Below, piece after piece: positions 58,989 to 64,000 of a stretch of DNA of 64,000 nucleotides. The notes beneath the pieces were generated by a model. It was not told the origin of the DNA. It saw only the letters and a program-made list of their open reading frames with translations, and did no database searches. Position 1 is the stretch's first letter. The number at the start of each line of letters is the position of its first letter. Made by a program: the position numbers and the translations under genes. The stretch is from the sequence record SRR20825019_2407; one strand, written 5' to 3'.

Positions 58989-59017
58989 TTCAAGGCCCTT
59001 TACTGCCCCCCAGTCAC

Positions 59018-59704
59018 TCAGGCTTTGCCTCGGCGCGCTTTACGCGGAAGCGGCAAACCTGCATTATTTTCCTTACGGACAAGACGCGACCTCAATCTCT
59101 TGAGCGCATCCATCATATATTTCTCAACCGTACTTTCAGACACGCTCAGTTCCTCAGCTATGTCCGAGTAGGTCTTACCTTCAAATCGGTTTTTCACGAA
59201 TGCCGACCGCGCCTTTTCAGGCAACTGACGAATGGCCTGAACCATTGCATCGACATCCTGCTTGTGTCCTAACGCCTCCTCGGGCGTTGGGTCCTCGCAT
59301 GGAAGTGCCGCTACCGTGTCTGCAACACCGTCCTCTTCAACCTGCACATGGCGGCTAAGAACCCTGCCCCGGCGTTTCAGCTCGTTAATGGCAAGATTGG
59401 CTGCCGTCTTAAACAGGAGTGCCTGCGGATTATCGATCCGTTCAACAGAAGCGAAGCGGTACACACGCATGTATACGTCCTGCGCAACATCTGCAGCATC
59501 CGACACACTGCCCAGCTTTTTGGTCAGCCATCCAACAAGCGTGCCGTGGTGCGTCTTGATGCATTGCTCAAGAGCGCGCACGTTGCGCTTACGGCTGACA
59601 TCATCCAGTAGCCCACTCACAGCTGGCTCACGTGTTTCTTCATCATGGCGACGCGTGTCGTAGCCATCAGAAACCAAACCAATATGCGGTGTGCGCTGAA
59701 GCAA
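59018..59704 (-). CDS. ECF RNA polymerase sigma factor (FecI-like)
   Basis: DAADVAQD (region 2), AIRQLP...F...RFEG.TY.DIA (region 4). TTG start with AGGA upstream. Confidence 0.9.
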   Translation of the reverse strand: MLQRTPHIGLVSDGYDTRRHDEETREPAVSGLLDDVSRKRNVRALEQCIKTHHGTLVGWLTKKLGSVSDAADVAQDVYMRVYRFASVERIDNPQALLFKTAANLAINELKRRGRVLSRHVQVEEDGVADTVAALPCEDPTPEEALGHKQDVDAMVQAIRQLPEKARSAFVKNRFEGKTYSDIAEELSVSESTVEKYMMDALKRLRSRLVRKENNAGLPLPRKARRGKA

Positions 59705-59830
59705 AAACTGTCAGTCCTATTCCTGTTGTCCTGAGCGAAAACCGTAACGCCCGAAGCATCTATAAACCGAAACCTCTGTGCTAATCTTTCGGTCCGCCAA
59801 GTAATAAGTCTATGGAAATAAGCCATCAAT

Positions 59831-59905
59831 AAAAAAAATTGGAGGGATACCCCAATTCCCGCTGTCATAGAGGGTGAAACACTTTTGGTGTTTCCTCTCA
59901 TGTTT
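59831..59905 (-). ncRNA. Candidate small two-hairpin RNA or attenuator upstream of the ECF sigma gene
   Basis: On the minus strand, GAAACAC-caaaa-GTGTTTC is followed by AATTGGGG-tatcc-CTCCAATT and a T run. Confidence 0.3.
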
Positions 59906-60262
59906 TACCTTGGACGCGGAGAAGGTGTTTTACTTTCTCCGCCCCATTTTTTATTTTCTTTTCACGTCTCAACTTGCGCGATATTGCAATAATTCCTGTG
60001 TTTTTCGTTACTTTATTATGGTTAATTCTAGTGACGATCTTCACTGCTGCATATTTGCAACACACCCTCGGAAACTTCCCTCACTGTCAACCAAAGGCCT
60101 CCTCCCTGTCCACAGTGATACCGAGATTATAAACCAAAGATATAATCGAGACCGCCTTAACCTCACCAAGGCCTCATACCGATTCGTTTTAGGTCGTTGG
60201 CAAATAGCCCCATCGCTATCATAATTCCCCAAATATGAACCACGCCAGCAACAGGTGACCAT

Positions 60263-60823
60263 GTGAACAACCACCAACAACAACGTCCCCGCTCTGCTCC
60301 CCTCACCGGCATCATACTGGCGGGCGGGCAAGCCAGACGCATGGGGCGGGACAAAGCCGAGATACTATTTCGCGGCAAATCGCTCCTTGATCGGGCGATC
60401 AATCTCCTGTGTAGCTTGCCCGTGGACGACATTGTTGTTTTGGGACGCGAGGGTGCCGAGCATGGTGTCGCTGACGAGACGCCTCACCTTGGTCCGGCCC
60501 GCGCAATAAAAGCCTGGTTGGAACGTCAGCCTAAACCGGCACACCTGATCGTTATACCCGTTGATATGCCTGCACTTGGGCATGATCAGCTCAACCGCCT
60601 TTTGACCCAACCGGGCGGCGCTTATTATCACGATCTCTACCTGCCATTTTATGCACCAAATGCGCAGATGAACAGGCTCAAAGACAATATAGTGCGCATG
60701 CGGGATATCCTGTCCGGCTTCCAACTTACCGAGCTCAAAGCGCCTTCTGAGTGGCGCGCCCCCCTGATGAATGTGAACACGCCTGAAGACCTCCACACCC
60801 TCGAACAAACCTTCCCTGAATGA
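60263..60823 (+). CDS. mobA: Molybdenum cofactor guanylyltransferase-like NTP transferase
   Basis: GIILAGGQARRMGRDKA, LGP, PVDMP, NVNTPED. Confidence 0.85.
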   Translation: MNNHQQQRPRSAPLTGIILAGGQARRMGRDKAEILFRGKSLLDRAINLLCSLPVDDIVVLGREGAEHGVADETPHLGPARAIKAWLERQPKPAHLIVIPVDMPALGHDQLNRLLTQPGGAYYHDLYLPFYAPNAQMNRLKDNIVRMRDILSGFQLTELKAPSEWRAPLMNVNTPEDLHTLEQTFPE

Positions 60824-61063
60824 AGTTATGAAGCTAAGCGGTTTATGGCTGCTGCGATATTTGCGCCACAGCAATGAAAATTTAACCAAACTGTAGTTTG
60901 ATTCCGCTGGACAGTACCGATGGTTGTTATAAGGTGCGCGTGCATGGTGCGTGGGCTCAGTTGTTCGCGCCCCGCATGCGGACTGCGACTGATCTGCCTG
61001 GTACCGACCTGTTAACAACACCGATGCCAAGACTGACTTCGCGATATTATGGAGACCATGATT

Positions 61064-61270
61064 ATGGCAAAAGGTACTGTTAAGTGGTTTAACACCACAA
61101 AAGGTTTTGGATTCATTAAGCCAGAAGCTGGCGGCGACGACGTATTCGTGCACATTTCTGCACTTGAGCGCGCTGGCCTTCAGTCGCTTGACGACAACCA
61201 AGCCGTTTCTTACGAGCTTGTTGAAGACCGTCGCGGTCGTATGTCAGCTGGTGACATTCAAGTTCTCTAA
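61064..61270 (+). CDS. cspA: Cold-shock protein
   Basis: [17 protein letters not shown]...DVFVHISA. Confidence 0.95.
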   Translation: MAKGTVKWFNTTKGFGFIKPEAGGDDVFVHISALERAGLQSLDDNQAVSYELVEDRRGRMSAGDIQVL

Positions 61271-61292
61271 TCGGGTTTTAACCTGATTGCTG

Positions 61293-61320
61293 AAAGGGGC
61301 GGTTTTTCCGCCCCTTTTTT
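61293..61320 (+). terminator. Intrinsic terminator of cspA
   Basis: AAAGGGGCGG-ttttt-CCGCCCCTTT followed by more T. Confidence 0.88.
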
Positions 61321-61526
61321 GTTGTCTTCCGATACCCTCTCCAGAACCAGTACTTCCTCTCATCGCATGACTCCCTCAAAGCACCGCTGATCACGCCCGA
61401 AACAGTTGCAAAAGCAACCTCCGAGTGGCAGGAACAATAAGCATATAGTTTGGCAACCGCAGCCAACTGCCATGGGGGACAGCACCGGCACACCCGGTGA
61501 ACAAGCATCGACGACAGGGGGATATT

Positions 61527-64000
61527 ATGTTCAGCAGGAAATTAATGCGTGGCGCGTTTGCGGCCGCGCTTGTCACCACGTGCCTGACAAAAGGGTCATT
61601 CGCGCAGTCCAGTGCTGAAATCGGTCCTGATTTTTTGCGTCACGCGGCTATCTCGCCTGACGGCAATACGGTCGCCTTCAGTTACCGCGGAGATATTTAC
61701 AGCGTGCCCACCAGTGGTGGTGCCGCAATCCCGCTGACCCTTAACGCCGCCTGGGAAGGCCACCCTGTCTGGTCACACGACGGCAAATCCATCGCTTTCG
61801 CCAGCGACCGCAACGGCAATCTCGATGTCTATGTTATGCCGTCTCAAGGCGGGGATGCCACACGCCTGACCTTTCATAGCGACGATGACATCCCTTCAGA
61901 TTTCAACGCGAGCGGAGACAAAGTGCTCTTCTCAAGCGGCCGCCTCAAGTCAGCGAGGGCCGCGCTTTTCCCCACCTCGCGAGTGCCTGAGCTTTATGAA
62001 GTTTCCCTCAGTGGCGGCACCCCAACACAGGTGTCCAGTAGTGGCATGGCGGAAGCGCGTTGGACAAATGACGGTGAAACCATTCTTTACCGTGAAGAGA
62101 AAGCTTACGAATCAGCCAACCGTAAACATGACAGGTCAGATTTCACGCGCGACATTTGGGCTTACAACACCAGATCCGGCGCCCATACGCAGCTCACCAC
62201 AGACCCGGCAGGTGACCACACTCCCGTGCCAGACGGACAAGGCGGTTTCTATTTCCTGAGCGAGCGCGACGGCACATTTAACGTCTGGCATCAGGACAAG
62301 GCTGGCAAAACCGAGCAGGTCACCAAACATGGCCCTCATGCGGCGCGGGCGCTCACAGCTTCCACCATGGGCAAGAAAAAAGGCACGCTTGCCTATCTCT
62401 ATCTTGGTGATCTCTATACCGTCACACCGGGCGGGCGGCCCAAAATCGTCGATATCACCTTCACCGTTGATGGGCATGGGCGCGCGGTAGAAACCTTCCC
62501 TGTGGCAGATAATATTGAGGAATTTGCTGTCTCCCCGAATGGAAAAGAGGTTGCCTTTGTCGTGCGCGGAGACGTTTTTGTCACCGCCACGGACTATGGC
62601 ACCACGCGCCGCATTACAGATACCCCTGTGCGCGAACGTCATGTCTCTTTCACGCCTGATGGTAAAGGTCTGCTGTATGCAGGTGAGCGTGACGGCCGGT
62701 GGCAGATATTTGAAAGCAAGCGGGCGGACGAAACCGAGCCCTATTTTTTCACCGCTACCAAGCTTGAGGAAAAACTGCTCTTCAGCACAGACGATAACGC
62801 CTTCCAGCCGCAATCGTCACCAGACGGCAAAAAGGTGGCGTTCGTCGCGGGGCGTAACGGCTTGGATGTTTATGACCGCGAAAGCGGTGCCATCACCACA
62901 GCACTTCCCAAGGAGTATAATTATTCCTATGTGGACGGTGATATCACCTACGCATGGGCACCCGACAGCCAATGGTTGACTGTTGATTTTGCACCAAACG
63001 GCCGTCTCTTTTTCACCAACATCGCTGTGGTGAAGGCCGACGGCAGCGAAGCACCACATGACATTAGCCTCTCAGGCTACACGGATATGGCACCAAGCTG
63101 GCACGGCACCGGTGGCATTGTCACATGGGCGACCGCTCGTTTTGGCCAGCGCGACCACGGAAGCCACGGCACACAATTTGATATTCATGCGGCTTTCCTT
63201 AACAAGGAAGCCTGGGACGAGTTTAACCTGAACGCTGAAGAGCTAGCTCTCAAGAAAGAAGCCGAAGAAGAAGCCAAAAAGGCCGAGAAAAGCGATGAGG
63301 AATCGGAAGATAAAAAAAACGCCGACGATGCGGATAAAAAGGTTGAACCAATCTCTATTGATTGGGGCGGTATTGAAGACCGCCAGAAACGGCTGACCAT
63401 CCATTCGTCTGACCTCGCGGGTGCTGTGCTTAGCAAGGACGCAGACAAGCTCTACTATTTATCAGCCTTTGAAGGCGGTTATGATCTCTGGGTTCATGAC
63501 TTCCGCGAAGAAGAGACCAAGAAACTCCTGCCTTTGGGCGCCGACAACGCGGCCTTGGAGCTGTCTGATGACGGCAAAGCCTTGTTTGTGCTGGCAGGAG
63601 GATCTTTACAAAAAGTCGACCTCGGCAGCGCCAAACCAAAAGGTATCAAGGTTGCCGCAAACCTCACGGTCAATCCAGATGCTGAACGCCAGTATCTTTT
63701 TGAACACATCTGGCAGCAGGTGAACGACAAGTTCTATAAACCCGATTTTCACGGAGCAGACTGGAACGCCATCTACCGTGACTATGGCCGCAAAATCGCC
63801 GCCCTTGGCAACAACCGCGACTTCGCCGAATTGATGGATGAAATGCTGGGCGAGCTGAACGCTTCCCACACAGGTGGCAGGTACCGTGCCAACCTGGGTG
63901 GTGACCGCACTGCATCCCTTGGTCTCCTCTTCAAGCCCGGCAGCTTTGAGGTCACCGAGGTTCTGGAAAAGAGCCCCATCAACGACCAATCAGAACCGGT
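61527..64000 (+). CDS. Tricorn-like S41 protease with PD40 beta-propellers (runs off the window end)
   Basis: ATG61527 MFSRKLMRGAFAAAL...LRHAAISPDGNTVAFSYRGDIY...WSHDGKSIAFASDRNGNLDVY and, near the end, FYKPDFHGADW...EMLGELNASH. Absent from the ORF track because there is no stop in the window. Confidence 0.88.
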   Translation, partial: MFSRKLMRGAFAAALVTTCLTKGSFAQSSAEIGPDFLRHAAISPDGNTVAFSYRGDIYSVPTSGGAAIPLTLNAAWEGHPVWSHDGKSIAFASDRNGNLDVYVMPSQGGDATRLTFHSDDDIPSDFNASGDKVLFSSGRLKSARAALFPTSRVPELYEVSLSGGTPTQVSSSGMAEARWTNDGETILYREEKAYESANRKHDRSDFTRDIWAYNTRSGAHTQLTTDPAGDHTPVPDGQGGFYFLSERDGTFNVWHQDKAGKTEQVTKHGPHAARALTASTMGKKKGTLAYLYLGDLYTVTPGGRPKIVDITFTVDGHGRAVETFPVADNIEEFAVSPNGKEVAFVVRGDVFVTATDYGTTRRITDTPVRERHVSFTPDGKGLLYAGERDGRWQIFESKRADETEPYFFTATKLEEKLLFSTDDNAFQPQSSPDGKKVAFVAGRNGLDVYDRESGAITTALPKEYNYSYVDGDITYAWAPDSQWLTVDFAPNGRLFFTNIAVVKADGSEAPHDISLSGYTDMAPSWHGTGGIVTWATARFGQRDHGSHGTQFDIHAAFLNKEAWDEFNLNAEELALKKEAEEEAKKAEKSDEESEDKKNADDADKKVEPISIDWGGIEDRQKRLTIHSSDLAGAVLSKDADKLYYLSAFEGGYDLWVHDFREEETKKLLPLGADNAALELSDDGKALFVLAGGSLQKVDLGSAKPKGIKVAANLTVNPDAERQYLFEHIWQQVNDKFYKPDFHGADWNAIYRDYGRKIAALGNNRDFAELMDEMLGELNASHTGGRYRANLGGDRTASLGLLFKPGSFEVTEVLEKSPINDQSEP

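Noticed and set aside
1-64000. CRISPR arrays, tRNA, rRNA, IS elements
   Set aside because: No regularly spaced repeats, structural RNA signatures or transposase ORFs were recognised by eye.

Overview
Alphaproteobacterial-looking chromosomal window. The lineage is inferred from the flmG/pseI-type genes, the speF-type ornithine decarboxylase locus, a TTAA-N7-TTAA box and the PAS_5 gene. Contents from left to right: (1) an uncharacterised 8-gene operon tldD(partial)-tldE-DUF4159(Tat)-moxR-DUF58-batA-like plus two membrane proteins (1-9848). (2) fhs, a GNAT, rluA and an ornithine decarboxylase with a ~410-nt structured leader that contains an unannotated 48-codon uORF. (3) A ~24 kb glycosylation locus (14795-39208), visibly lower in GC over most of its length. 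It has a pseudaminic-acid-type core (pseG-like, pseI, ATP-grasp, pseF-like), an FlmG-like TPR glycosyltransferase and a GT41-like TPR glycosyltransferase. Its tailoring genes are a glucuronyl C5-epimerase homologue, two sulfotransferases, two radical SAM enzymes, a PhyH dioxygenase, two methyltransferases, DegT+WbqC and an FnlC/RmlD-like pair. No export genes and no mobility genes are seen. (4) Housekeeping and accessory genes, including a secreted histidine phosphatase-chorismate mutase fusion, kefFC, a stand-alone TonB C-terminal protein, an ECF sigma-FecR-TonB receptor cassette, mobA, cspA and a partial tricorn/S41 protease. No rRNA, tRNA, CRISPR array or transposase was recognised. All family calls come from motif recognition by eye, not from database searches.
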